Of a stretch of 64,000 nucleotides of DNA, positions 1-9,299 are shown piece after piece (within the stretch, counting starts at the first letter, position 1; each line of letters begins with the position of its first letter). The position numbers were made by a program, and so were the translations under genes. Where the stretch lies: assembly GCA_966243015.1 (NCBI GenBank), contig CBIMES010000001.1, positions 298,076-362,075 of the forward strand. The letters are read 5' to 3'. The stretch is from an uncultured bacterium (lineage in GTDB: Bacteria > Patescibacteriota > Minisyncoccia > Phycocordibacterales > UBA6065). The notes beneath the pieces are model-generated. The model was not told the origin of the DNA. It did no database searches and saw nothing but the letters and a program-made list of their open reading frames with translations.

Positions 1-826
1 ACCCCTCCTCTCTCGCACCGCCATTCTTCAACCTGTTAAACCCAAGCAACCCGAAAGTCATAAGAAACACACCAAGGGTGAAGGCGAGATCCCCGTAGTC
101 GCCGTTGTAGGACGTTCCCGCGGTGGTCGTGTAGGAGAAGATCGAGTCCGCCACGAACATGACAGCGAGGCCCGCGAGGATGCTGAAGATATCCAGTCGG
201 TAGCCGCCGGAAAGGTATCGAAACGAGAGGCCCGACACGATGATCGAGACCGACAGCGCCACGAAGTCGCCGAGCGGGTACGCAAGGTCGAGGACGTTCT
301 TGAGCACTGTGTTGCCCTCGGGGAAGAACTGGCCGTCGCGGCCGATGACAATGAGGAAATAGTACGTCACGAGCAGCACGACGACCGGGGCAATGACCGC
401 CAGAAACTTGCCGAAGGCCTTCTTGAGGCCCATGTCAGCGCCCGTAGTCTTGGCGAGGTAGATGGCGCCCAGCGCATAGAAGAACACGCTCGGGGCAAAG
501 AACAGGTCTGCCACCGACGGGTATGGCGCCTCGACGCCGACGAAGAAGTTGTAGTAAGCCCAGACGCTCTCGCCGATGCCCCACGCCACGAGACCGATGC
601 CCATGAAAACCACGGCCTTGCCGATGGCGTTGCCCGTGCCGCCCCAGAGGGGCGCGCCCCTGACGAGCGAGAGGGTGCCGCCGACGAGAGGGATGAGACC
701 GTAGAGGAAGACAAAGAGATAGTTATAAAAGCCTTCCGTAGTGCCCGAGGCGAACAGAACTGCCCAGAACGCGATGAGGGCGAGAAAGAATGCAAAGCAT
801 ACTTTCTGGTGAACGTTGAAGGTCAT
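1..826 (-). CDS. Multi-pass membrane protein (7-8 TM sensor-type domain), 3' end runs off the window
   Basis: Not in the ORF track because no stop falls in the window. Manual translation from ATG 826 gives MTFNVHQKVCFAFFLALIAFW...WAYYNFFVGVEAPYPSVADLFF...DLAYPLGD, open to base 1 with repeated hydrophobic helices. YPSxAD and LAYPLGD motifs are typical of membrane sensor domains usually fused to GGDEF or kinase domains. Confidence 0.75.
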   Translation of the reverse strand, partial: MTFNVHQKVCFAFFLALIAFWAVLFASGTTEGFYNYLFVFLYGLIPLVGGTLSLVRGAPLWGGTGNAIGKAVVFMGIGLVAWGIGESVWAYYNFFVGVEAPYPSVADLFFAPSVFFYALGAIYLAKTTGADMGLKKAFGKFLAVIAPVVVLLVTYYFLIVIGRDGQFFPEGNTVLKNVLDLAYPLGDFVALSVSIIVSGLSFRYLSGGYRLDIFSILAGLAVMFVADSIFSYTTTAGTSYNGDYGDLAFTLGVFLMTFGLLGFNRLKNGGAREEG

Positions 827-934
827 GTGATTGTGTGTCTATGTAAAGCATTATACGGCCTGTGTCTTTGGGGTCACAAGGCGGGTAGGTGGATAAAAGC
901 CCCGCCACCTTGTCAGTGACGGGGCCGAGTAACC

Positions 935-1438
935 CTAGCGTTCGACGGGTGTTGCGATTACGCTCGCGTAAAGAGACGCAATCTCATCGGCAACGAGAGC
1001 CACGCTGTCCGCGGACAGCTTTGCCGCCACGGCGTGGACAAAGGCCTTGCCCGACAGGGCAGGCCTGCCAGAAAGCGGCGCGGACGGTCCGAGATCGGCT
1101 ACAAACAGGTCGTGGCCAAACTCAAGCTCGAGCGCCGGGGCGTGTTCGAGGGGCCAGTCCATGACCGGCCACCTGCCCTCGGAGACCAGTTGGCGGACAA
1201 GCGCCATAGACACGACCTGTCTCGACCCGTCGCAGCCTGTCGCCGCCACGAATCCGGGATTCGTGGCGAGGGACTCGGCCGCGCTCTTCGAGACCGATAT
1301 CTTCCCCCGCTCGCCCGGGGCAAGCGGCCGATTGACGTAGCTCGTGACGACGACGAAGTTACCCTTTGCCCTGCTGAGCTCTTGGGCAACCGCGTTCGCG
1401 AGGCCATCCCCGCCGACGATGATAAGAAGCTTCCCCAT
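935..1438 (-). CDS. Guanylate-kinase-like protein with degenerate P-loop
   Basis: Start taken at MGKLLIIVGGDG. TSYVNRPLAPGER resembles the Gmk motif SxTTRxPRxGE, but GPSGxGKST is replaced by GGDGLANA. Confidence 0.5.
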   Translation of the reverse strand: MGKLLIIVGGDGLANAVAQELSRAKGNFVVVTSYVNRPLAPGERGKISVSKSAAESLATNPGFVAATGCDGSRQVVSMALVRQLVSEGRWPVMDWPLEHAPALELEFGHDLFVADLGPSAPLSGRPALSGKAFVHAVAAKLSADSVALVADEIASLYASVIATPVER

Positions 1439-1611
1439 GGTACCCTTTCTGCCGCGCCGCACGAAGCGGCGCGGCCCGTGTGTTACTGTGCGTGGTTTAT
1501 GCGAAGAACAAGTTCCTCTATCCAAAAGCTTATAAAAAGAGAGTAAAGATAAAGTAAAGAAATAATAAAAAGGCACCTTCGAAAAGGTGCCTGTGGTGCG
1601 ACGAACTTTTC

Positions 1612-1956
1612 TCAGGGAGAAAAGACCGTGGCGCACCAGACGATTCTGAGCGACGCGGTCGCCGATTCAAGCGGTATTCCCAGCTCTTCGGAGAAGATCT
1701 CGGCGTTTCCCTGTATGCAGGGTTCCGCGAGCTCTCGTTTCCTGAAGGAGCGGAGGATGCTTACCCTCGATGCAAGGCGCCGTGCGAACTCAAAGAGGTC
1801 GTTACGCAGGGCGAGAGCTTCGGAGGGCCCGAGATGGGCGTCGTCGACAATGGAATCGACCACGGCTTCACAGCTGAGGCGACCGGACATTGTCCGTCCG
1901 CCGACCGTGGCCGCGAGGCGCTGAAACGCCTCTGAGGAGACAGTGGCAAGGATCAT
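1612..1956 (-). CDS. Hypothetical protein
   Basis: 114-aa ORF with AT-rich upstream region, followed by a terminator-like hairpin at about 1568-1592. Confidence 0.55.
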   Translation of the reverse strand: MILATVSSEAFQRLAATVGGRTMSGRLSCEAVVDSIVDDAHLGPSEALALRNDLFEFARRLASRVSILRSFRKRELAEPCIQGNAEIFSEELGIPLESATASLRIVWCATVFSP

Positions 1957-2049
1957 ATAATTTACCTTACTCTACCTACGATAGAGAATCGTGTCAATAA
2001 AGCATAAAAAAGGGGCGGCCTTGCGACCGCCCCTTGACGCAGGGACCTC

Positions 2050-2499
2050 TCAGCTGGACTTGGTCCGTGGGTTTGGGAACATGACCTTCATGGCGGCCCA
2101 GTAAGCCTCAGTGAGAAGCTCTCTGATTTGCTCCATGTCAGCCTCTTCGCTCACCAGCCCGCTTATCGTGCCAGGATCGATTCTCATTCCCGATTCTCGG
2201 GCACTCATAGCAGCCCCGAAGAACATGCACCTGAGGATGAAGACTTCCCTTTCCACGTCCGTGGTCTGGGCGCCCTCAGGCTCCTTCAGGCACATTCGAC
2301 TGCATACCGCGTCAATCTCGGGGTCCGAGACGCCCGCGGCGTAGTCACGGAACCACCTTCGCACCTCGGCGTGACCCTCGACCGTGCTCGCCAAGCGGCT
2401 GTAGGCCTGCCTGAGAAGCGTGATCTCGAGCTCCGTGGAAAGGAGCTTCGTCACCCCTGCTGCGACTGCGAATCCTTGTTCTAACTCTCTGGTGTGCAT
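2050..2499 (-). CDS. Hypothetical protein
   Basis: ORF with likely start MHTRELE, a TTGACT..TAATAT promoter-like sequence upstream and a hairpin/U-tract at about 2006-2034 downstream. Confidence 0.55.
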   Translation of the reverse strand: MHTRELEQGFAVAAGVTKLLSTELEITLLRQAYSRLASTVEGHAEVRRWFRDYAAGVSDPEIDAVCSRMCLKEPEGAQTTDVEREVFILRCMFFGAAMSARESGMRIDPGTISGLVSEEADMEQIRELLTEAYWAAMKVMFPNPRTKSS

Positions 2500-2566
2500 T
2501 CGGTTCCGCCGGGGAAACTGGTCCGGCGGAAAGTGCATATTATCACGAAAATAGCAAAAGTCAATA

Positions 2567-3103
2567 TTAGACCCGCGGCCCGACGGGATCCTTTATTAGC
2601 TCCGTCTCAGTAAAGATTGCGCCGCTCTTCATGCGGAACCTCTCTTCGGTAAAGGTCTTCCCTGTCTCCCGAAAGCCCAGCTTCTTGTAAAAGGCAATCG
2701 CCCTGGCGTTATAGTTCACCACGTGGACAATCGTCGGCTTGAGTGGGTCAAGATTTTCCCTCGCCGCCTCCCAGAGCGCCTTGGCCACACCCCTCCCCTG
2801 AAATTCCGGCAAGACGTACATGGCCTGAAGCTGATTGTGCTCGGGCCGGACGAAGACCCGACACAGGCCGACAGCCCTTCCGTCGATCTCCGCGACGAAA
2901 TACCAGCCGCCCTTTGAGCGAGTGTCGGCAATGCTCTTCTGAGACCTCTCGATGCTCGCGGGAGACTTCCTCTCGCCGAAATGCGCCTCGATGTCCTCGA
3001 GGGTTATGCCGTGCTCGGCGTTCGGGTACGTGGCGACCCAGGTGATATAGAAGATGTCGCTGAGCTGGGATGCATCTTCGGGTCGCGCTTCTCGGATGTT
3101 CAT
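2567..3103 (-). CDS. GNAT family N-acetyltransferase
   Basis: N-terminal IREARPEDA, acetyl-CoA motif A MYVLPEFQGRGVA and motif B NARAIAFYKKLGF. Confidence 0.92.
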   Translation of the reverse strand: MNIREARPEDASQLSDIFYITWVATYPNAEHGITLEDIEAHFGERKSPASIERSQKSIADTRSKGGWYFVAEIDGRAVGLCRVFVRPEHNQLQAMYVLPEFQGRGVAKALWEAARENLDPLKPTIVHVVNYNARAIAFYKKLGFRETGKTFTEERFRMKSGAIFTETELIKDPVGPRV

Positions 3104-3112
3104 AGTTTTGAA

Positions 3113-4918
3113 TTATTTATAGTCCTCGGCCTGAAGCGCGAAGAGTCGGGCGTAGGTTCCCTTTCGGGCAATGAGCTCATCGTGCGATCCCAACTCTTCG
3201 ACGGCGCCGTCTTTGAACACGCAGATTCTGTCCGCCTTACGCACGGTTGAGAACTTGTGCGAGATGAGCACGACGGTCTGGCCGCCCGTGAGGGATTCTA
3301 TCTTCTCGAAGATGCGCATCTCGGCCTCTGCGTCGATTGCGGCAGTTGGCTCATCGAGAATCATGAGGCCCGCCTTGCGGTGGAAGAGTCGCGCAATGGC
3401 AAGGCGCTGCTTTTGGCCTTTTGACGGGTCAATACCGCCGTCGAACTCGACGCCGAGCATCTGGTCGTACTTGTCCTTCCATTCCAATATAAAGCTCTCG
3501 GAGTCGCTCGACTGCGCGGCCTCGACGACGCGCTCGAGGCTCATCGGTTCGCCTGATCTCCCGAGGGAAATCGCCTCTTTTACCGGGAAATTGTACGAGG
3601 CGTATTCCTGGAAGAGGACGCCGAGGTTCCTGTACCACTCGTCGAGGTCGATCTCCCTCAGATCAACCCCGTCCACGAGAATGCGGCCCTCGGTCGGGTC
3701 ATAGACGCGACAGAGCAATTTCACGAACGTCGTCTTGCCCGCGCCGTTCTCACCCACCAGGGCGAACTTCTCGCCAGGATTGAGGGTCAGGGATATGTTC
3801 CTGAGAATCATCTTTCCAGAGCCGGGATACGCGAAAGAGACGTTCTCGAAGGTGATGGTCGGGGTCTTGTTCTTGTTGATCGCGACAGGGTGCGCCGAGC
3901 GATACAGAGTATTCTCCGTATCCAAAATCTGGAAGAGGTTGTCCGCGTAGGTGCTGCGGTCCTGCTGATGCGAGAGCTGGTTCAGGAAGCCTATGAGCGC
4001 AGACTGGAAGCGATCCATGGACGAGAGCAGGAAGAGCATGGTTCCGACCTCAATCAGGCCAATGGATACGCGATAGACGATGAAGATGACGGTTCCGCCG
4101 ACAATCGCGCCCAAGATGAGTGTCGAGCCCGCCTCGAAGGCGAGCTTTTTCTTCTCGACGACCTTCTGCCTGTCGCCGAAAGTTCCCAGTATACGTGAAA
4201 TATGAGCAAAGAAGTGCCCCACGTTCTGGAAGAGCTTGAGCTCCACGAGCCACGTTCGACTGTTGAAGTACGATCTGATATCCTCGTAGCGTCTGCGCAC
4301 GGCCGTATCCGCGTCCCAGATGCCCCAGGCCTCCTTGCCGTACTTTATTTGGGTGATGAATCGCGGAATCACGGCAAGGGCAACCAAGAGGCATACGACC
4401 CAGTTGAAGCTCGCGAGGATGACCATGGCCGTAACGACCTGGGTAAGATCCCTCAGGATGTTGAACTGGATCTCCGACATGTTCACGATCGGCCACACGT
4501 CCCGATCCTCGGCCTTGTTTATCAAGTCCTGGAAGGCTGGGTTCTCGAACTGTTGAATGTCCATCGACGCCTTCTTCTTGAGATAGAGGAGCTGGAACGC
4601 CTTACCCAGGTCGATGTAGTTTCGCTTCTCGAAGTACTCTCGCAGGCTCGACACGATGTCGGGCAGGAAGAGCGTCAGGGCAAATGCTCCGGCGAGCAGA
4701 AGAATCAGGCGCGGCGCATAGTCGCCCGCCACGAGCGAATTCACGAGCGCGGCAGAGATGCCCGACTGCGCAAAGGGGAAAAGCGCCAGGAGAATCGACG
4801 TTGTGACCATGCCGATGACGACAGGCTTGTCATGCTCCCAGGCGAACAGGGCGACCCTCCAGCTCGTCACGAGAACCTTCTTGAAGGAGGCGTATTTTGA
4901 GGTGGTTGTGGTGCTCAT
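3113..4918 (-). CDS. ABC exporter, fused permease/ATPase
   Basis: N-terminal TM helices, Walker A GENGAGKT, variant signature PSKGQ, Walker B ILDEP and H-loop ISH. Confidence 0.93.
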   Translation of the reverse strand: MSTTTTSKYASFKKVLVTSWRVALFAWEHDKPVVIGMVTTSILLALFPFAQSGISAALVNSLVAGDYAPRLILLLAGAFALTLFLPDIVSSLREYFEKRNYIDLGKAFQLLYLKKKASMDIQQFENPAFQDLINKAEDRDVWPIVNMSEIQFNILRDLTQVVTAMVILASFNWVVCLLVALAVIPRFITQIKYGKEAWGIWDADTAVRRRYEDIRSYFNSRTWLVELKLFQNVGHFFAHISRILGTFGDRQKVVEKKKLAFEAGSTLILGAIVGGTVIFIVYRVSIGLIEVGTMLFLLSSMDRFQSALIGFLNQLSHQQDRSTYADNLFQILDTENTLYRSAHPVAINKNKTPTITFENVSFAYPGSGKMILRNISLTLNPGEKFALVGENGAGKTTFVKLLCRVYDPTEGRILVDGVDLREIDLDEWYRNLGVLFQEYASYNFPVKEAISLGRSGEPMSLERVVEAAQSSDSESFILEWKDKYDQMLGVEFDGGIDPSKGQKQRLAIARLFHRKAGLMILDEPTAAIDAEAEMRIFEKIESLTGGQTVVLISHKFSTVRKADRICVFKDGAVEELGSHDELIARKGTYARLFALQAEDYK

Positions 4919-5010
4919 AGAGGCAGTTTGTTTGGTGCCCTTAAGTATACGCTGGACTTTCCATTCTGGACAATTGATGTTTAAATTGCGGTCACGCCGA
5001 CCACACTCCC

Positions 5011-6015
5011 ATGAAAAAGAAGCGCCCCAATCCCCTCCTCCCGAAAATGCTCCGTAAAATCGCCCCGCGCATCGGTGCGAAGGTTACGATCGAGCCTGAA
5101 TGGGGCGTCGTGGGCCAGATAACCTTCAAGAGTGGGAAGAAAAGCTATTTCAGATACTCGACCCTCGACCTCAACCCCGTCGGCTCGTCAGATATCGCCA
5201 AGGACAAGGACTATGCCAACTTCTTCATGAAAAAGCTCGGGTACCCTACCGTTCCCGGCAAGGCGTTCTATTCGCCCGACTGGGCACGGGCAATCGGCTC
5301 ACACCAGTCCACGAAGCCCGCGGCGACATACGCACAGAAACTCGGCTTCCCCGTCATCATCAAACCGAACAGTGGCAGCCAGGGGTCAGGAGTGCGCCTG
5401 GTACACAACAAGAAGGAATTCTTCTCGGGACTCCGTGACATATTCAGGAAAGACCGCGTCGCCCTCGTGCAGACGCCCGTTCGAGGCAAGGACTATCGCA
5501 TCGTGGTACTCGATGACAAAGTGATATCAGCATACGAGCGCGTGCCGCTGAGCGTCATGGGCGACGACAGGACAACGATCCTCGGCCTCCTCAAGAGGAA
5601 ACAGGCATCGTTCGTCGCATCGAGCAGGGACACCGTACTTAACATACGCGACAGGCGCATCGCCGCGAAGCTCAAGCGGGCCGGACTAACCGTGAAATCA
5701 ATTCCGGCCAAGGGCGAGCAGATCTTCCTGCTCGACAACGCGAACCTCTCTACGGGTGGCGACTCAATCGACGTCACGAAAGTGATTCACCCCGAATTCA
5801 GGGACATCGCCGTGCGCCTGACCAGAGACATGGGCCTACGTATCTGCGGCGTCGATCTCATGGTATCGGGCGATATCTCGGAAAAGCCCGTCACGTACTG
5901 GGTGCTCGAAATAAACGCGGCACCAGGCCTCGACCATTACGCAAAATCAGGAAAGGCCCAAGAGAAGATCGTAGAGGAGTTGTACCTGGAGGTTTTGAGG
6001 AGTTTGAATAAATAA
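5011..6015 (+). CDS. ATP-grasp ligase (stand-alone cyanophycin-synthetase/GshB-like ATP-grasp domain)
   Basis: AKDK, PVIIKPNSGSQGSGV, DYRIVV, ANLSTGG, GVDLM and LEINAAPG motifs. Confidence 0.85.
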   Translation: MKKKRPNPLLPKMLRKIAPRIGAKVTIEPEWGVVGQITFKSGKKSYFRYSTLDLNPVGSSDIAKDKDYANFFMKKLGYPTVPGKAFYSPDWARAIGSHQSTKPAATYAQKLGFPVIIKPNSGSQGSGVRLVHNKKEFFSGLRDIFRKDRVALVQTPVRGKDYRIVVLDDKVISAYERVPLSVMGDDRTTILGLLKRKQASFVASSRDTVLNIRDRRIAAKLKRAGLTVKSIPAKGEQIFLLDNANLSTGGDSIDVTKVIHPEFRDIAVRLTRDMGLRICGVDLMVSGDISEKPVTYWVLEINAAPGLDHYAKSGKAQEKIVEELYLEVLRSLNK

Positions 6016-6142
6016 GAACACGACCTTGGAAGAGATGAGGACCTTGATTCGGCCCATAAAAGCTAGCGTGGAACCACCTTCGAGCGAAACACTTCCCCGG
6101 CTCTAAACGGTTATACTACGACGCACAGAAGTCCGAGCTGAC

Positions 6143-6172
6143 AAAAAATCGGCCCAACTAGTGGGCCGATTT
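6143..6172. terminator. Intrinsic terminator hairpin between convergent genes
   Basis: AAAAAATCGGCCCA-ACTAG-TGGGCCGATTT inverted repeat. Confidence 0.7.
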
Positions 6173-6181
6173 GAAACGAGC

Positions 6182-6385
6182 TTAAGAGCGAGCAATCAAG
6201 ACACAAGCCACAAAAACAAGAATCGCTAATGCATCAATCAGGACGAGGAAGCGAATAAGCCTCTTCCCCTCCGAAGATTGATAAAAGGCAATCTTGTCTT
6301 CCGCATATTTCTTGAATCCGCCCGGATAATTTTGAGCAACGACGAGCTCAAGCCGCATCGTTGCAAGAGCCATATTGGTTATCAT
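6182..6385 (-). CDS. Small membrane protein
   Basis: 67 aa with a C-terminal hydrophobic helix; TGcTAAATT -10-like box just upstream. Confidence 0.5.
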   Translation of the reverse strand: MITNMALATMRLELVVAQNYPGGFKKYAEDKIAFYQSSEGKRLIRFLVLIDALAILVFVACVLIARS

Positions 6386-6438
6386 GGTACAAAGAATTTA
6401 GCATCAAAATAACACTTAAAGTAAATAACGGCAACTCT

Positions 6439-6467
6439 TTGACATAATTATGAAAAATACGTAAGGT
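6439..6467 (+). promoter_or_regulatory. Sigma70-type promoter for the PheRS-like gene
   Basis: TTGACA (6439-6444), 17-nt spacer, TAAGGT (6462-6467). Confidence 0.65.
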
Positions 6468-6561
6468 TATGCAGAATCAGTTCTTTCACATCGTAGGATA
6501 GGTATCCATACAATCAGGAAGAGCAACAAAACCCAATCCGTCCCCAGTGACGCCAATAACC

Positions 6562-7677
6562 ATGAATCAGGAAATTATGTCATCGGAGCGGCTGAAAGCC
6601 TCTCTTGCTATTCCGGACCTAACGGATCCACGGAATGGAATTCACGCGATAAACATTATTATAGAAAAAATCGTGACTGCCATGAAAAAAGGCAATCCCG
6701 ATTCCTCTATTGAAGAAATCCGGGGGGATCCGAGAGTGTCGATCAAGGATAATTTCGACGACCTCTTGTTTCCAAAAGACAACGCGGGCCGATCCTCCCG
6801 ATACACTCGATACGTATCTGAAGACACTGTCCTCAGAACCCACATGTCATCCGCAGCGCCCTCATGGCTCAGAAAAAGATCAGCAGACCGAGCCCAAGAC
6901 ACAATCGCCATTTTTCCAGGGATGTGCTACCGCCGCGATGTTGTCGACAGGACGCATTGCGGAGAACCTCATCAAATGGATATATGGCGTATCAAAAGAG
7001 GAGGTCGGCGCTGTGACAGAAAGGCGTTGATAAAGACAATAGAAACAGTCCTTGGCGCCGTCGTTCCTCAGTTCCAATATCGAGCCAACGAAGTCAGACA
7101 CCCTTACACGATTAACGGCCTCGAGGTCGAGATTCTTGTAAATGATACGTGGCTTGAAATTCTAGAGTGCGGTGAAATACACCCAACCGTGCTCATGAAC
7201 GCAGGTCTTGATCCTGATGAATATTCAGGGCTCGCTCTGGGAATGGGTCTCGACAGACTGGTGATGGCCCTTAAGAGAATCGACGATATCAGAATCCTCA
7301 GGTCTCAAAACCCGAGAATTAAGAAACAGCTGATGAACCTTGAGCCATTTGTCGTCACGTCAAATCAACCAGCCGCAAAACGGGTTATCTCCTATTCAAC
7401 CTCTGTTAAAGAAACAGAGGAAGATACATGCGAGAAAATTCGAGACGGCCTTGGAAAAGATGCCGTCTTCCTGGAGCAGATAGAATACGCGGAAACCCCC
7501 TACGAGGAACTGCCGGAGAAAGCCCGCCTTAACCTCGGCATCAAGCCCGACCAAAAGAACGTGGTGGCCACGATCACGTTTCGATCAATAGACGGTTCCC
7601 TGGCCCGCCCCATGGTAAACAATTGGATAGAGACGCTCTACCCAAAACTCAACCAAGGCAGCAAAGGCTACATCTAA
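6562..7677 (+). CDS. PheRS-alpha-like class II ligase paralog with C-terminal FDX-ACB-like domain (resembles the PheS-related SrmL-type family)
   Basis: VLRTHMS, YRRDVVDRTH, HQMD, WLEILECG and motif 3 GLALGMGLDRLVM. Single-chain architecture like mitochondrial PheRS. Canonical HSPxFHQxE is changed to HCGEPHQMD. Alternative GTG start at 6547. Confidence 0.8.
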   Translation: MNQEIMSSERLKASLAIPDLTDPRNGIHAINIIIEKIVTAMKKGNPDSSIEEIRGDPRVSIKDNFDDLLFPKDNAGRSSRYTRYVSEDTVLRTHMSSAAPSWLRKRSADRAQDTIAIFPGMCYRRDVVDRTHCGEPHQMDIWRIKRGGRRCDRKALIKTIETVLGAVVPQFQYRANEVRHPYTINGLEVEILVNDTWLEILECGEIHPTVLMNAGLDPDEYSGLALGMGLDRLVMALKRIDDIRILRSQNPRIKKQLMNLEPFVVTSNQPAAKRVISYSTSVKETEEDTCEKIRDGLGKDAVFLEQIEYAETPYEELPEKARLNLGIKPDQKNVVATITFRSIDGSLARPMVNNWIETLYPKLNQGSKGYI

Positions 7678-7690
7678 AACCCCTGGCAGC

Positions 7691-7728
7691 AAAGGGTCGC
7701 ACAGAATTATTCTGAGCGACCCTTTTTT
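7691..7728. terminator. Bidirectional terminator between the PheRS-like and LysRS-like genes
   Basis: AAAGGGTCGC-a-CAGAAT-t-ATTCTG-a-GCGACCCTTTTTT; second hairpin GCCCCTCA/TGAGGGGC at about 7740-7761. Confidence 0.75.
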
Positions 7729-7780
7729 ATCATATGAAAGCCCCTCACTTTCATGAGGGGCCGATTGATTTGCGAAAAAC

Positions 7781-9226
7781 TTAAAAAACAGGAAAAAGTT
7801 CCACGTCCCTAATATCTCTCGCATTGAGAAGAAGCATGAGAAGTCGCTCAATCCCCATGCCGATACCTCGGCACGGCGGCAGTCCAAATTCCATGGCACG
7901 AATTATGCTTTCGTTAACATGTCCTTGTTCTGCCTTTCCGTATTTAGCCTGTTCCTCCATGCTGCGACGGATAATAACAGGGTCACGCTCCGGATTCACG
8001 ATGTCAGCAACGAGCATGCCGTTGATGACAAGCAGAGTCTCGTCAACGGTTGAGCCGTCGCCGTTCCCCTTGAAAAGGGGCGACTGAGCCGCGGGCAGCC
8101 CCCTCAAGAACGTGGGGGTCGTGATGCCCGACACGATGTGAGCATACAAAGAAGTCGATACGGTATACCTGTTTACCTTAGCGGGACGAGGTATACCGAT
8201 TGCATCAAGCAAGACAGCCAGCTCTTCGACCGGACGAGATTCGTCATATCGAAAACCTGTCAACCTTTCAATCTCCTCAGCATAATCGCACACAGTCCAA
8301 CTACCAGAACAGTCAATCACCCCATCCGCCACAGGCAAACTTGCCGAACCATACAGCTCACGAAGGATTTCACACAGCAGATCCTTTATAAGCCCCTCCA
8401 TCTCTTCCCGGCTCGCATATGCGCGATACAGTTCAAGAATAGTGAAGTGCGGCAAGGTGCTCGATGTCGCCCCTTGGTTTCTAAACGATTTTCCAATTTC
8501 AAAGACCCTTGATAAACCACCCACCATGAGCTTGCGGAGAAGAATCTCAGACGTAAGCCTGAGATACATGTCCCCGGTTTGATCAACGGAACGAGTGACA
8601 AACGGATCCGCAAGACCTGCCTCAAAACTATTTTGAAGTAGGCCCATATTGAGCTCCTCGTAACCACGAGCGTAGAGAAACTGTCTAAGCACCCTAAATA
8701 TCGTGGAGCACCTGCGAAAGTGCAGAACCATTTTCGGGTCCCGAATAAGCTGAAGATATCTATATTCGCTTACATTTGATTTCTTTCGAAAATCAATGTT
8801 TGAATCGTAAACATCACCCGTCGCCTTTGAAAGCAGACTTATTCGGTTGGCGAAAAAGATCGAGGTTCCAAGATATTTTTTCTTAACCCCGCACAACGCA
8901 ACCACATCTCCGTAATGAATCAGCGAATTAACAACATCGATATTGTCTTGATTTCGCACAAGGAAAGCGGCAACCGAGCAGCCGTTCCCCTCAAGCCTCT
9001 CCAAAACGATAGCATCAACACCATCAACCGCCTCAAACACACCCAGTCGTGATTTTTTTGTAAGCGGGTCAGAAAGCATAATTCTCCCCACTATAGTTAT
9101 TTCGCTTTCAAAAGGCGCCCGCTCAAAGTCGGAGGCCTCGATACAACCCATTGGCGCATCTTTTTGATACACAAACGGGTCCTTTTCTAAGGCACGAAGC
9201 CTCTTTCCATTGCTATTTTTAGCCAC
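7781..9226 (-). CDS. Divergent class II lysyl-tRNA synthetase paralog (OB-fold plus catalytic domain)
   Basis: MYLRLTSE, RVFEIGKSFRNQG (motif 2), GLPPCRGIGMGIERLLMLL (motif 3) and C-terminal IRDVELFP. AAGGAG RBS before the GTG start. Several canonical residues are altered. Confidence 0.85.
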   Translation of the reverse strand: MAKNSNGKRLRALEKDPFVYQKDAPMGCIEASDFERAPFESEITIVGRIMLSDPLTKKSRLGVFEAVDGVDAIVLERLEGNGCSVAAFLVRNQDNIDVVNSLIHYGDVVALCGVKKKYLGTSIFFANRISLLSKATGDVYDSNIDFRKKSNVSEYRYLQLIRDPKMVLHFRRCSTIFRVLRQFLYARGYEELNMGLLQNSFEAGLADPFVTRSVDQTGDMYLRLTSEILLRKLMVGGLSRVFEIGKSFRNQGATSSTLPHFTILELYRAYASREEMEGLIKDLLCEILRELYGSASLPVADGVIDCSGSWTVCDYAEEIERLTGFRYDESRPVEELAVLLDAIGIPRPAKVNRYTVSTSLYAHIVSGITTPTFLRGLPAAQSPLFKGNGDGSTVDETLLVINGMLVADIVNPERDPVIIRRSMEEQAKYGKAEQGHVNESIIRAMEFGLPPCRGIGMGIERLLMLLLNARDIRDVELFPVF

Positions 9227-9299
9227 AATGACTCCTTTTCTTGTTTTTTATGTTAATGAACTAAGGTTTCCGTAACATTGATACAAAACAATAAAAGTG

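Noticed and set aside
6035-6106. Short ORF MRTLIRPIKASVEPPSSETLPRL as a possible MccA-like precursor (also MLRKP near 9261-9278, minus)
   Set aside because: Neither ends in Asn, the RBS is weak or absent, and no MccB-type adenylyltransferase is present.
7781-9226. Calling the LysRS paralog epmA or lysS
   Set aside because: It retains an N-terminal OB-like domain (unlike EpmA), no efp/epmB is nearby, and lysine-binding residues are altered.
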